A DNA stretch of 64,000 nt from an uncultured Gammaproteobacteria bacterium (GTDB taxonomy: Bacteria > Pseudomonadota > Gammaproteobacteria > Steroidobacterales > Rariloculaceae). Shown in pieces: positions 38,021 through 47,523 of the stretch. The translations under genes and the position numbers were made by a program. Location of the stretch: NCBI GenBank assembly GCA_963744305.1, contig CAVUTF010000033.1, positions 63,991 to 127,990 of the forward strand. Direction: 5' to 3'. The notes under the pieces were generated by a model. That model worked only from the letters and a program-made list of their open reading frames with translations, did not search any database and was not told the DNA's origin. Position 1 is the first letter of the stretch; each line of letters starts with the position of its first letter.

Positions 38021-39340
38021 ATGTTCATTACAAAGCGACACATTCCCCGCCGAACGTTCTTGCGAGGCATGGGCGCGACCGTGGCGCTGCCGCTCCTGGA
38101 CGCAATGGTGCCGGCGATGGCCGCCGCTCCATCGGGTGTCAGCCGCTATAGCTTCCTGCACGTGCCGCATGGCGCGAGCCCCGGCTACTGGACGCCGACC
38201 GCGGCCGGAAAGCAATGGGAGCTGTCGCCGATCCTGAGCCCGCTCACGCAGTTCAAGGATCAGATCACCATTATCAGCAACACCGATCACGCGATGGCCG
38301 GCTCGCTCTCTCCCGACGAGAGCGCAGGCGACCACTCGCGAACGGCTGCCGTGTATTTGACCGCCGCCCATCCGAAGCGCACCGAGGGCCAGGACATCTA
38401 CGCCGGCATTTCGATCGATCAGGTGCTTGCGAGCAAGATCGGGCAAGAGAATCCCCTACCCTCGCTCGAAATGTGCATCGAGGACGTCGGCTCGCTCGGC
38501 GTCTGCGGCGTCGGCTACAGCTGCGCCTACACGAACTCGATCTCATGGTCGTCACCGACGACGCCGTTGCCGATGGAACGCAATCCTCAGGTGGTCTTCG
38601 AACGGCTGTTCGGGGATGGCAGCACCCCCGAGGAGCGCGCGGCGCGCAAGCGCGAGGATCGCAGCATTCTGGATTCCGTGCTCGCCGACGTTGGGCGACT
38701 GAAGCACGGCCTCGGCCCAAGCGACCTAGCCCGCTTCGACCAGTATCTCGAGGACATCCGCGAGATCGAGCGGCGCATCGCGATTGCGGAGCACACGGCG
38801 GCGGTGGAGGCGGAGCGGCCGGAGACCGCCGAGATGCCGTTCGATCAGCACGTCAAGCTGATGCTCGACCTGCAGGTGCTCGCGTTCAAAGCGGACATCA
38901 CTCGCGTCGCGACGATGATGTTCTCGCGCGACCTATCCGCGAAGGTGTATCCGGAGAGCGGCGTGCCGGACGCCTACCATGCGCTGTCGCACCACCAGGA
39001 CGATGCGACTCGCATGGCGCGTTACGCGAAGATCAACGCCTACCACGTCGCCGTCGTCGGGTATTTCCTCGACAAGCTGCGTGCCGTGCAGGAAGGCGAC
39101 GCAACGCTGCTCGACAACTCTGTCGTGATGTACGGCAGCCCGATGGGCAACTCGAACGCGCACGACCACATTGCGCTGCCGGTGCTCATTGCGGGCGGCG
39201 GCGCGGGCCGATACGAGGGCAACCGGCACATCGTCACGGCGCCGCATACGCCGCTTGCGAATTTCTTCATGACGTTAGCCGAGAAGGAAGGCATTCATCT
39301 GCCGAGCTTCGGCGACAGCACGGAGTTGATGGAGGTCTGA
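38021..39340 (+). CDS. DUF1552 domain protein (Tat signal)
   Basis: MFITKRHIPRRTFLRGMGATVALPLLDAM is a twin-arginine signal typical of DUF1552. RBS GAGGGAGAGG. It is the canonical partner of the upstream DUF1592 gene. Confidence 0.78.
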   Translation: MFITKRHIPRRTFLRGMGATVALPLLDAMVPAMAAAPSGVSRYSFLHVPHGASPGYWTPTAAGKQWELSPILSPLTQFKDQITIISNTDHAMAGSLSPDESAGDHSRTAAVYLTAAHPKRTEGQDIYAGISIDQVLASKIGQENPLPSLEMCIEDVGSLGVCGVGYSCAYTNSISWSSPTTPLPMERNPQVVFERLFGDGSTPEERAARKREDRSILDSVLADVGRLKHGLGPSDLARFDQYLEDIREIERRIAIAEHTAAVEAERPETAEMPFDQHVKLMLDLQVLAFKADITRVATMMFSRDLSAKVYPESGVPDAYHALSHHQDDATRMARYAKINAYHVAVVGYFLDKLRAVQEGDATLLDNSVVMYGSPMGNSNAHDHIALPVLIAGGGAGRYEGNRHIVTAPHTPLANFFMTLAEKEGIHLPSFGDSTELMEV

Positions 39341-39371
39341 GGCCGCTCCACTCGCGAATCCGCTCGAACAA

Positions 39372-39401
39372 CGGCACCCCTCGCGGGTGCCGTTTCTTTT
39401 T
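39372..39401 (+). terminator. rho-independent terminator after the DUF1552 gene (overlaps the glyA stop)
   Basis: CGGCACCC-ctcgc-GGGTGCCG followed by TTTCTTTTT. Confidence 0.7.
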
Positions 39402-40653
39402 AGAGGCGGATTCCCGGGGCCGGAAACTCTCTGCAAAAAACCGCAATCTCCGCGCGGATCTTCTGCAGCGCGCCAGCGTCGTCGGCAACGCCTAAAGCGC
39501 GATCGATCCATTCGGCGATTCGCACCATCTCGGCCTCTTTCATCCCCCGCGATGTGACTGAAGGAGTACCGATGCGCAAACCGCTCGGGTCGAACGGCTT
39601 GCGCGGATCGAACGGGATCGTGTTGTAGTTGCATTCGATGCCCGCTTCGTGCAAGGCCTTAGCGGCGGGTTTGCCGGTAATCCCGCGCGGCGTGACGTCG
39701 ATCAGTATTAGATGATTGTCCGTGCCGCCGGAGATCAACCGCAGGCCGCGGTCGTTCAGAGCCGTAGCGAGCGCCTTCGCGTTCGCCACGATTTGATGAG
39801 AGTAGCGACGGAAGTCTGCTGTCGCAGCCTCCTTCAGGGCGACGGCGATCGCGGCCGTGGTGTGGTTGTGCGGGCCACCCTGCAGTCCGGGAAACACCGC
39901 GCGGTCCAGCTCCTTGCTGTGCGTTCCGTCCGACAGGATCATGCCGCCGCGCGGTCCGCGCAACGTCTTGTGAGTGGTGGTCGTGATGATCTTCGCGTGC
40001 GGAAACGGATGCGGATGTGCGCCGGCGACGACCAAGCCTGCGATATGGGCGATGTCCGCGACCAGCGTCGCGCCGACGGCGGCGGCAATCTGCGCAAAGC
40101 CCGCAAAGTCCCACGTCCTCGGGTACGCGGTGCCGCCGCAAAAGATCACCTTCGGACGCGATTCGCGCGCGAGGGTCTCGACGCGATCGAGGTCCACGCG
40201 ATGAGTCTCGGGATCGACGTCGTACTGCACGGCGTTGTAGTGGATGCCCGAGAAATTCACGTTCCAGCCGTGGGTCAGGTGACCGCCAAACGGCAAGCCC
40301 AATCCCATCACGGTTTCTCCCGGCTTCACGAGCGCGAGATAAACGGCCTGATTCGCCGGCGAGCCCGAGTACGGTTGCACGTTCGCATGCCGCGCACCGA
40401 AGAGAGCTTTCGCGCGATCGATCGCGAGCTGCTCCACCTGATCGATGTAGTCCTGGCCCTCGTAGTAGCGGCGACCCGGATAACCTTCGGAATACTTGTT
40501 GTTCAATATCGAGCCCGTCGCGTCCATCACGGCTTGAGAGGCGTAGTTCTCCGACGGAATGAGCCGGACGAACTCATCTTGGCGACGAGTCTCTAGAGCG
40601 ATGAGCTCGTAGATCTCGGGATCAGTAGCGCGCAGCGCGGACATTTCAGGCAT
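39400..40653 (-). CDS. glyA: serine hydroxymethyltransferase
   Basis: LIPSENYASQAVMDATGSILNNKYSEGYPGRRYYEG, QPYSGSPANQAVY and TTTTHKTLRGPRGG (the PLP lysine motif) are all present. Confidence 0.95.
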   Translation of the reverse strand: MPEMSALRATDPEIYELIALETRRQDEFVRLIPSENYASQAVMDATGSILNNKYSEGYPGRRYYEGQDYIDQVEQLAIDRAKALFGARHANVQPYSGSPANQAVYLALVKPGETVMGLGLPFGGHLTHGWNVNFSGIHYNAVQYDVDPETHRVDLDRVETLARESRPKVIFCGGTAYPRTWDFAGFAQIAAAVGATLVADIAHIAGLVVAGAHPHPFPHAKIITTTTHKTLRGPRGGMILSDGTHSKELDRAVFPGLQGGPHNHTTAAIAVALKEAATADFRRYSHQIVANAKALATALNDRGLRLISGGTDNHLILIDVTPRGITGKPAAKALHEAGIECNYNTIPFDPRKPFDPSGLRIGTPSVTSRGMKEAEMVRIAEWIDRALGVADDAGALQKIRAEIAVFCREFPAPGIRL

Positions 40654-40853
40654 TCGTGCTTCCTCGAGCGTGGCAGGCGACGGGTCAGGGTGGTCGCGGG
40701 GGGCGATAGTCTACAGGAACGCAACCGGGTTCCGCGTGTTGCGGCCTTGCACTTTCGCCCGACGGTATCCGCCCGCCGAGCCGATCCGCCTTCATCAAAG
40801 TTTCACAGTATTCACGCAAGGTTACGGCACTCTCCGAAGGTGCATCAGAGCGA

Positions 40854-41573
40854 ATGCCGGCGTCGACCGATCTGACCATCATCGTTCCGACCCGCAACGA
40901 AGCGTCCAACATCGGCGCTTTTCTCGCGTCGATTCCAGCGGACCTGCCGCTGATCATCGTGGACAAGAGCAGCGACGAAACGCGCGCCATCGTGCGGCGC
41001 GCGAGATCCAAGAATACGACGGTGCTCGACTGTGAAGGCTCTCTCACCGAGGCGCGGCAACTCGGCGGGCTCCGCGCGGCGACGCGCTGGTTGCTGTTCA
41101 CGGATGCCGACATCGTGTTCGCGGACGACTATTTCCCGCGATTGCGCGAATTGCTAGCAGCGTCGGAGGGCACGCGGCTTCTCTACGGACCCAAGCTCTC
41201 GCGCGACGCGTATCGGCTGTACTACGTGAGCTTTGCTGCGGGCCAATGGCTGTCGCAGCTGCTTCGGATGCCGGCCGCGAGCGGCTCGAATATGCTCGTC
41301 GCGGCGGAAGCCTTCGCGGCCGTTGGCGGATTCGACACGCGGCTCCCTTGCAACGAAGACTCGGAGCTCGCGTGGCGCATCGCGCGCAACGGCTATCGCT
41401 GCGGCTTCGAGCGCACGCTCGTCGTGTACGCCACGGACCATCGCCGGCTGCGGCGCGGGCGGCTGCTCAAGGCAGTCCACACGCTCCTGCGGTGCTCGCT
41501 GCTGTACTTCAATCTGGTTCCGCAGCGTTGGCGAAGCCACGATTGGGGCTACTGGTCGGAGACGCAGTCGTAG
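40854..41573 (+). CDS. glycosyltransferase family 2 protein
   Basis: LTIIVPTRNEASNI...LLFTDADIVF...ASGSNMLV...NEDSELAWR fits the GT2 (GT-A) DxD pattern. Confidence 0.8.
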   Translation: MPASTDLTIIVPTRNEASNIGAFLASIPADLPLIIVDKSSDETRAIVRRARSKNTTVLDCEGSLTEARQLGGLRAATRWLLFTDADIVFADDYFPRLRELLAASEGTRLLYGPKLSRDAYRLYYVSFAAGQWLSQLLRMPAASGSNMLVAAEAFAAVGGFDTRLPCNEDSELAWRIARNGYRCGFERTLVVYATDHRRLRRGRLLKAVHTLLRCSLLYFNLVPQRWRSHDWGYWSETQS

Positions 41574-41600
41574 CTTTCGCGCCGTAGCGCCCCATTCGCG

Positions 41601-42890
41601 ATGCGCGGGCTGACTCCATGGCGCCTGATAAACTGCGTGCCGATGCCAGCGTTTGCCTCGTTCCCGTGGTCGCGCATCGTGCGCCTCTTGGTCCTCATGG
41701 CCTCGCCGGCCGCCACGCTGCTTGCGGCCGTGCCCCCCGTCCCGGTGCCGCCGGAGAACCCGCTGACCGAGGAAAAACGCGTGCTCGGCAAGATACTGTT
41801 TTGGGACGAGCAGCTGTCGAGCGACGACACCATCGCCTGCGGAACGTGTCACCGACCCGCTTTCGGCGGCGCCGATCCCCGCTCCGGTCGTCACACGGGC
41901 GTGGACAAGGGCACGATCGACGACGTGCACGGCTCGCCAGGGATCGTGAGCCTGGATCGCGCCGGCCACCCGACGTCGCACGCGATCTTCGCCGATCAAC
42001 CGCAAGTCACTCCGCGCCTAGCGCCGTCGAACTTCGGGGCCCTGTGGGCCGAGCAGCTTTCCTGGGACGGCCGCGCCGGCACCCGCTTCCTGGACCCGTT
42101 GAGCGGAGCCACGCTGATCGCGCGCGGCGGCGCGCTCGAGAATCAGGCACTTTCCGCATTGATCAACGACACGGAGATGGCGCAACTCGGGCGCTTGTGG
42201 CCCGAGGTGATCGCGAAGCTCGAGCGCAGCCCGCCGCTAGCGCTCGCTAGCGATCTGCCCGTCGACGTCGCAGAAGCGCTCGCTGCGCGCCCGCGCTATC
42301 CGGACCTGTTCGCGGCCGCATTCGGCGATCCGGCGATAACGCCGGGACGCCTCGCTTTCGCGCTCGCAACCTACCAGCGCACGCTCGTGAGCGATCAGAC
42401 GCCGTGGGACCGCTATGAAGCCGGCGACGCGAAAGCGCTCGACGAGCGCGCTCTGTACGGCTGGCGCAAGCTGCAGGCCTTTCATTGCACGAGCTGCCAC
42501 ACGCCGCCGCTCTTTACGAACAACGATTTTGCGCATATCGGTCTGCGCCGCGCCGATTTCGATCGGGGCCGCGAGCTCGTGACCGGCGACCCCGAGGACG
42601 CGGGCGAGATGAAAGTGCCGACGCTACGCAATGTCGGCCTCCGTGTCCGGTTCATGCACACCGGCGAGTTCACGAACCTCGGTGCAGCGATCGGCTTTTA
42701 CGTCACGGCGCCCGCGATGCCGGAGCGCGACGCAATCCCGGGCGCGGGCCTCTACACATTCAATATGAGTGGAATCGACGAAAGTGACATTCGGGAATTT
42801 CTGCAAACGGCGCTGACCGATCCGCGCGTGCGCGATGAAACATTCCCGTTCGATCGTCCGAGGTTGCGCAGCGAGGCCATTACGAGATGA
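41601..42890 (+). CDS. di-haem cytochrome c peroxidase / MauG family protein
   Basis: There are two CxxCH motifs (CGTCH, CTSCH). Also present are LGKILFWDEQLS, KVPTLRNV and MHTGEF. An N-terminal signal is present, and the start may be 41643. Confidence 0.85.
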   Translation: MRGLTPWRLINCVPMPAFASFPWSRIVRLLVLMASPAATLLAAVPPVPVPPENPLTEEKRVLGKILFWDEQLSSDDTIACGTCHRPAFGGADPRSGRHTGVDKGTIDDVHGSPGIVSLDRAGHPTSHAIFADQPQVTPRLAPSNFGALWAEQLSWDGRAGTRFLDPLSGATLIARGGALENQALSALINDTEMAQLGRLWPEVIAKLERSPPLALASDLPVDVAEALAARPRYPDLFAAAFGDPAITPGRLAFALATYQRTLVSDQTPWDRYEAGDAKALDERALYGWRKLQAFHCTSCHTPPLFTNNDFAHIGLRRADFDRGRELVTGDPEDAGEMKVPTLRNVGLRVRFMHTGEFTNLGAAIGFYVTAPAMPERDAIPGAGLYTFNMSGIDESDIREFLQTALTDPRVRDETFPFDRPRLRSEAITR

Positions 42891-42977
42891 TCACGAGTGC
42901 GCATCCGAGCGCCCCGGGTTGTGCTGCGCAGCAATTTCGTTATGATGAGCGCTTCCCCAGCAGAACAACGACCAGCG

Positions 42978-43151
42978 ATGAGCGAAGAGCAAGAAGGCGA
43001 ACAGCCCATTCCCTCCCCGCCACCGAGCGAGGAACCCGAAGCGGAAACGCTCACCGATTGGTTCGATCGCATGGACCGCGAGGCGTTTCGCCGCGCACTC
43101 GCGCAGCGCGACCTGCGCATCGTATCGACTACGATTCGCGTTCAGCGCTGA
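42978..43151 (+). CDS. small acidic hypothetical protein
   Basis: A 57-aa ORF (MSEEQEGEQPIPSPPPSEEPEAETLTDWFDRMDREAFRR...) with GC-rich third positions. No recognisable family. Confidence 0.25.
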   Translation: MSEEQEGEQPIPSPPPSEEPEAETLTDWFDRMDREAFRRALAQRDLRIVSTTIRVQR

Positions 43152-44335
43152 AGCACGTTTCCATATAGCCGCAGCAAGCGGCGCGCCATCTCCACCGACG
43201 ACCACTGCGTCTCGACGTAGCGGCGCGCATCGCGCGCGAGCGACGTCTGCAGCTCGGGTGAGCGCAACACCCGCACGACCGCTGCGGCAAAGGCGCCGAC
43301 TTCCTCCTCGACGATGATGGCCCCCTGCGCATGCTCGAGGACCTCCTTCGTGCCCAGAACCGCCGTCGATACGACCGGAACACCGAGCGCGAGCGCCTCG
43401 AGGAGCACCAGGCCCTGAGTCTCGGTGCGAGAGGCGAACACGAACACGTTCGCGGCGCGATAGCAATCGAGCAGGGCGCCGCGTCTATCGAGATAGCCCA
43501 CGAACAGCACGTGATCCACGAGCCCCGCGGCGCGCACCGAGCGCTCGAGGCGTCGCAGCGCGGGGCCCTCCCCCGCGATCACGAGTAGGACATCGGGAAC
43601 CGTCTCGCGTACTTGGGCGAGCACGCGCAACACGAAGTCGATGTTCTTCTCGTGGGCAACGCGGCCCACGAGCAGCATCATCGGCCGGCCGGGATCGATC
43701 GAGAACTTCGAGCGAAACAGTGGACCATCGCCCGCCGTGAACTCGTCGAGGTTCAACCCGGTGGGTATGACTTCGACGGGCGCGGCCACGCCGTAGCCGC
43801 GCAAGACCGACGCGAGCTGCGCCGAGGGCGCAATCACGGCATCGACCGCGTCGCATTGCCGGCGCGAGACGGCGCGCGCGAAGGATTGCAGTGCCCAGCG
43901 CGGGAGCACTGGCAGGTAGTGGTGCAGGTATTCCTCGAAGAAGGTGTGGTAGGTCTCGACAACCGGCAGCGCGAGCTCACGCGCGGCGCGCAAACCGGTG
44001 CGATGCGCGACGAACGGCGTCTGCACGTGCACGAGCTCGACCTGCCCGCGCAGCTTGCGGCAGGCCGCGAGCGCCGCACCGCCGACCATCATGCGATCTT
44101 CGGGGTCGAAGACGAGGTAGCGCGACGGCTGACGCAGCACGCGTTCATCGTCGTGCCATTCTTCCGGATAGCTCGGCGCAATGAGCCAGGTGTCGCAACC
44201 CAATGCGGCGAGGTCTCTGCGAAACGTTTGAATTGACGTCGAGACGCCGTTGACGCGCGGGAAATAGACATCGGATATCCACAGAGCGCGCAACAGCTTT
44301 CCTCGCCGAAACGACGGTGCGCATCCTCGCAGCAA
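43142..44335 (-). CDS. glycosyltransferase family 4 (GT-B) protein
   Basis: The N-terminus FPRVNGVSTSIQTF and the C-terminal block LLVGRVAHEKN...FVFASRTETQGLVLLEALALGVPVV are typical GT4. The start is uncertain. Confidence 0.8.
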   Translation of the reverse strand: MLRGCAPSFRRGKLLRALWISDVYFPRVNGVSTSIQTFRRDLAALGCDTWLIAPSYPEEWHDDERVLRQPSRYLVFDPEDRMMVGGAALAACRKLRGQVELVHVQTPFVAHRTGLRAARELALPVVETYHTFFEEYLHHYLPVLPRWALQSFARAVSRRQCDAVDAVIAPSAQLASVLRGYGVAAPVEVIPTGLNLDEFTAGDGPLFRSKFSIDPGRPMMLLVGRVAHEKNIDFVLRVLAQVRETVPDVLLVIAGEGPALRRLERSVRAAGLVDHVLFVGYLDRRGALLDCYRAANVFVFASRTETQGLVLLEALALGVPVVSTAVLGTKEVLEHAQGAIIVEEEVGAFAAAVVRVLRSPELQTSLARDARRYVETQWSSVEMARRLLRLYGNVLQR

Positions 44336-44472
44336 GATGTTAAGGCCATGTGACAGCGAGTTTACGGGCTCAAGAAATACCTGCTACTGCAATATGTTGG
44401 CCAAAGAACTGCAAACAAACTTTAAAGAGCGCCCGCTAAGCTCTGTAAGCATTCGAAGAGGAGAATCGGAGA

Positions 44473-45261
44473 ATGAGCGGCGTCGCGACGTTTCGAGCGG
44501 TCTTCTTGTCGGATGTCCACCTCGGCTCCCGGGCATCCCGCGTCGGGCTGCTGCTGGACTTTCTGCGCGAGCTCAACTGCGAGCACCTGTATCTCGTCGG
44601 CGACGTCATCGATCTAGAGAGTCTGCGGCGCAGCTTCTTTTGGCCGACGAATCACACGGACGTCCTCAAGTTGTTGTTGAAAAAGAGCCGCGATGGGATG
44701 CGAATCACCTATATCCCGGGCAACCACGACAGCGACTTCCGGGCGCTCGTCGGCGTACGGTTCGGCAATATCGAGATCGCGAGGCAGTGCGTGCACACGA
44801 CGCGCGCGGGAAAACGCCTGTTGGTATTGCACGGCGATGAGTTCGACGCCGTCATCAAGTGCGCGCCGCTTGCAGTCTTGATCGGGGCGGCCGCCTATCG
44901 CAGCTTGCTGGCCTTGAACCGGCTCGTGCACTGGTTCCACGAGCTCCTCGGCCGGCCTTATTGGTCGCTCGCGCAGCACGTCAAAGGTCGCCTCGGCAAC
45001 GCGAGGCGCTACATTACGGAGTTTCAGCGCGCCTCACTGCTGGCGGCGAAGGAAGCGCACGTCGACGGCGTCGTGTGCGGCCACATTCACCGCGCCGATC
45101 TGGCCGTCTGCGACGGTTTGCTCTACTGCAACGACGGCGACTGGGTCGAAAGTTGCACCGCGTTGGCCGAAGACCAACGCGGCGCGCTATCGTTGATCAC
45201 CTGGCGCGAAAGGTTGCCGGCCGTCAACACGCTCGAGATCCCCGTGCGCGACGCGGCCTAA
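44473..45261 (+). CDS. UDP-2,3-diacylglucosamine diphosphatase-like metallophosphoesterase (LpxH family)
   Basis: Calcineurin-like motifs are VFLSDVHLG, YLVGDVID, IPGNHD, VLHGDEFD and CGHIHR. RBS GAGGAG. Confidence 0.75.
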   Translation: MSGVATFRAVFLSDVHLGSRASRVGLLLDFLRELNCEHLYLVGDVIDLESLRRSFFWPTNHTDVLKLLLKKSRDGMRITYIPGNHDSDFRALVGVRFGNIEIARQCVHTTRAGKRLLVLHGDEFDAVIKCAPLAVLIGAAAYRSLLALNRLVHWFHELLGRPYWSLAQHVKGRLGNARRYITEFQRASLLAAKEAHVDGVVCGHIHRADLAVCDGLLYCNDGDWVESCTALAEDQRGALSLITWRERLPAVNTLEIPVRDAA

Positions 45262-45326
45262 CGGCGTCGACGGCCCAGCAAATCCTGATACCATCCGCGC
45301 TTCCGTCGCTTCGAAAGCGGTTTCGC

Positions 45327-45713
45327 ATGGCCCGTGCTGGAAACACCGGTATTCGCCGGATCGTCAACGCGACCTTCTTCTCTCTCGCCGGCCTGCGAAC
45401 CGCGTGGAAAAACGAAGCAGCGTTTCGGCAAGAATGCTTACTGTGCATCGTGCTCGTGCCGTCCGCTTTCTGGCTCGGCCAAAACGCCGTGGAGCGCTCG
45501 CTTCTGATCGGAGCGTGTTTGCTCGTCTTGATCGTCGAGCTCCTCAACACCGCCGTGGAGTTCGTCGTCGATCGCGTCGGCATGGATCATCATCTGTTGT
45601 CGGGCCAAGCGAAAGACTTGGGCTCCGCGGCCGTGTTCGTGAGCCTGCTGCTGACGGCGATCGTCTGGGGATTCGTCGCTTGGGAGCGATTCGCTCCGGC
45701 AGTAGGCGGTTAG
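45327..45713 (+). CDS. dgkA: diacylglycerol kinase
   Basis: A 128-aa, 3-TM protein. FFSLAGLRTAWKNEAAFRQE...IVELLNTAVEFVVDRV...AKDLGSAAV matches prokaryotic DgkA. Confidence 0.85.
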   Translation: MARAGNTGIRRIVNATFFSLAGLRTAWKNEAAFRQECLLCIVLVPSAFWLGQNAVERSLLIGACLLVLIVELLNTAVEFVVDRVGMDHHLLSGQAKDLGSAAVFVSLLLTAIVWGFVAWERFAPAVGG

Positions 45714-46297
45714 AGCCACTGCTGCCCGAGCGCGAGACTCGCCATTCCTAGCACACCGCCGAGCACCGCACCGGCGGCCACGTCGGTCGGATAGTGCAGG
45801 CCCAAGACAACTCGCGAGAGCGCTATCAGGAACGCCGCGCTTGCGGACAACGCGGTCCACTCGGGGAAATAACTGGCGATCAGCAACGTGAAGGAGATCG
45901 CGTGCAGTGTGTGCCCCGATGGGAAGCTATAGCGGTCGAGGGGCGCCGAAACGCAGCGGATCGCGGAGTGGGTAATGTAGGGGCGCTCGCGCACGGCGCG
46001 CGTCTTGATGAGCTTGTACACGAGGATCCCCACCGCGCCGGTGACGGTCATGTGTGCCGCCGCCCGCCAGCCGTCGGCGCCGTACAACCAGGGCAGACTC
46101 GCGATCAGCGCGTACCAGAGCCAGCCGTCGCCGAGCCAGCTCACGGCACGGAAGAGTTGCCTTACGGTCGCCGAGCTGCTCGACCGATTCAGGTACCGGC
46201 AGAAACGCAGCTCAACGCGGTCAAACCGCTCGAATGCCAACGTCATCCGTCGCGCCATGGCGCATCCTCCATGCGTCCCTGACGCGAGCAGCATCAA
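45710..46297 (-). CDS. PAP2 superfamily phosphatase
   Basis: KxxxxxxRP (KTRAVRERP), PSGH (SFPSGHT) and SRxxxxxHxxxD (SRVVLGLHYPTD) motifs are present. Its 3' end overlaps dgkA convergently by 4 nt. The start may be 46258. Confidence 0.82.
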   Translation of the reverse strand: MMLLASGTHGGCAMARRMTLAFERFDRVELRFCRYLNRSSSSATVRQLFRAVSWLGDGWLWYALIASLPWLYGADGWRAAAHMTVTGAVGILVYKLIKTRAVRERPYITHSAIRCVSAPLDRYSFPSGHTLHAISFTLLIASYFPEWTALSASAAFLIALSRVVLGLHYPTDVAAGAVLGGVLGMASLALGQQWL

Positions 46298-46434
46298 CCG
46301 CCAAGTTGTCGTCTAAATGGCGTTTTCGTGAATTTTTTCTTTCAATTACGATAAGTTAAATCAGTTTTTGTAACAACAATATAAAGAACGGGTGTTAACA
46401 ATGCGTCGGCTAGCCGAAAACGGGTGGCTCGACA

Positions 46435-47451
46435 ATGAAAGTTGCACTCGTCACCGATGCGTGGCGTCCGCAGATCAACGGCGTCGTCACGACACTGACA
46501 CGTACCGTGGAATCGCTCGCTGCGGCGGGTCATACGGTGAGGGTCCTGTCGCCGGACGAGCATCGGACGGTGCCCTGCCCGACTTATCCCGAGATTCGGC
46601 TCGCGATCCTGCCGCGGCGGCGGCTTGCGCGCCGCCTTGCGGAATTCGCGCCCGACGCGATTCACATTGCGACGGAAGGGCCGCTCGGGATGGCCGCGAG
46701 CGGCTGGTGCAAGGCTCACGACCTCGCCTTCACGACCTCCTACCACACGCAATTTCCACAATACGTGCGCAAGCGCGCGCCGATCCCGGAAAGCTGGTCG
46801 TATGCCCTTCTGCGCCGCCATCACGGGCGCGCGCGGCGCACGCTCGTTGCAACGGAGCACCTGCGCCGCGAGCTCATCGCTCACGGCTTCGCGAACGTCG
46901 TCCTTTGGTCGCGAGGCGTGGATACCGGCGTGTTCAAGCCCTGCGGCCGCGAGCATCTGCCGGGACCTCGCCCGATCTGGCTCTATGCGGGCCGCGTCGC
47001 AGTCGAGAAGAACCTCGACGCTTTTCTGGCGCTGGACTTACCCGGCAGCAAGGTCGTCGTCGGCGACGGACCGGATCGCGCCGCGCTCGAGGAGCGCTAT
47101 CGCGAGGCGCGCTTCGTCGGCTACAAATTCGGTGCGGATCTCGCCCGGCACCTCTCGTCAGCCGACGTGTTCGTGTTCCCGAGCCGCACGGACACGTTCG
47201 GTCTCGTGATGCTCGAAGCGATCGCGTGCGGTACGCCGGTCGCCGCTTATCCGGTCACGGGGCCGATCGACGTGATCGCCGCCGGCCTGAGCGGAGTCCT
47301 CGACGAGGACCTCCGCCAGGCGGCGCTTCGAGCGCTAAAGCTCGATCGCGCGAGCTGCGCGCTTACGGCGCTCGAGCGCACGTGGCCGCGAGCCACCCAG
47401 CAGTTCCTGTCGCACCTCGTATGCGCGCGAACCGGCGAACGCCTCCTCTAG
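46435..47451 (+). CDS. glycosyltransferase family 4 (GT-B) protein
   Basis: MKVALVTDAWRPQINGVVTT...LYAGRVAVEKN...FVFPSRTDTFGLVMLEAIACGTPV is typical GT4. It sits downstream of an unusually AT-rich divergent promoter region (46310-46400). Confidence 0.82.
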   Translation: MKVALVTDAWRPQINGVVTTLTRTVESLAAAGHTVRVLSPDEHRTVPCPTYPEIRLAILPRRRLARRLAEFAPDAIHIATEGPLGMAASGWCKAHDLAFTTSYHTQFPQYVRKRAPIPESWSYALLRRHHGRARRTLVATEHLRRELIAHGFANVVLWSRGVDTGVFKPCGREHLPGPRPIWLYAGRVAVEKNLDAFLALDLPGSKVVVGDGPDRAALEERYREARFVGYKFGADLARHLSSADVFVFPSRTDTFGLVMLEAIACGTPVAAYPVTGPIDVIAAGLSGVLDEDLRQAALRALKLDRASCALTALERTWPRATQQFLSHLVCARTGERLL

Positions 47452-47523
47452 CGCGCTCTATCCAGCGACGCTGCAATTCGGCGATGATAGCGGCTCGTTG
47501 CAGGCGGCCGAGCCCCGGAGAGC

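Noticed and set aside
40654-40853. Possible ZTP (pfl) or other folate-related riboswitch in the glyA leader
   Set aside because: The minus-strand leader has GGCGGGCGGAUACCG and GUCGCCUGCC segments vaguely like the ZTP motif. It lacks the conserved GACUGGCG and CCGCCUGGGC cores as I remember them. This cannot be supported without a covariance-model search.
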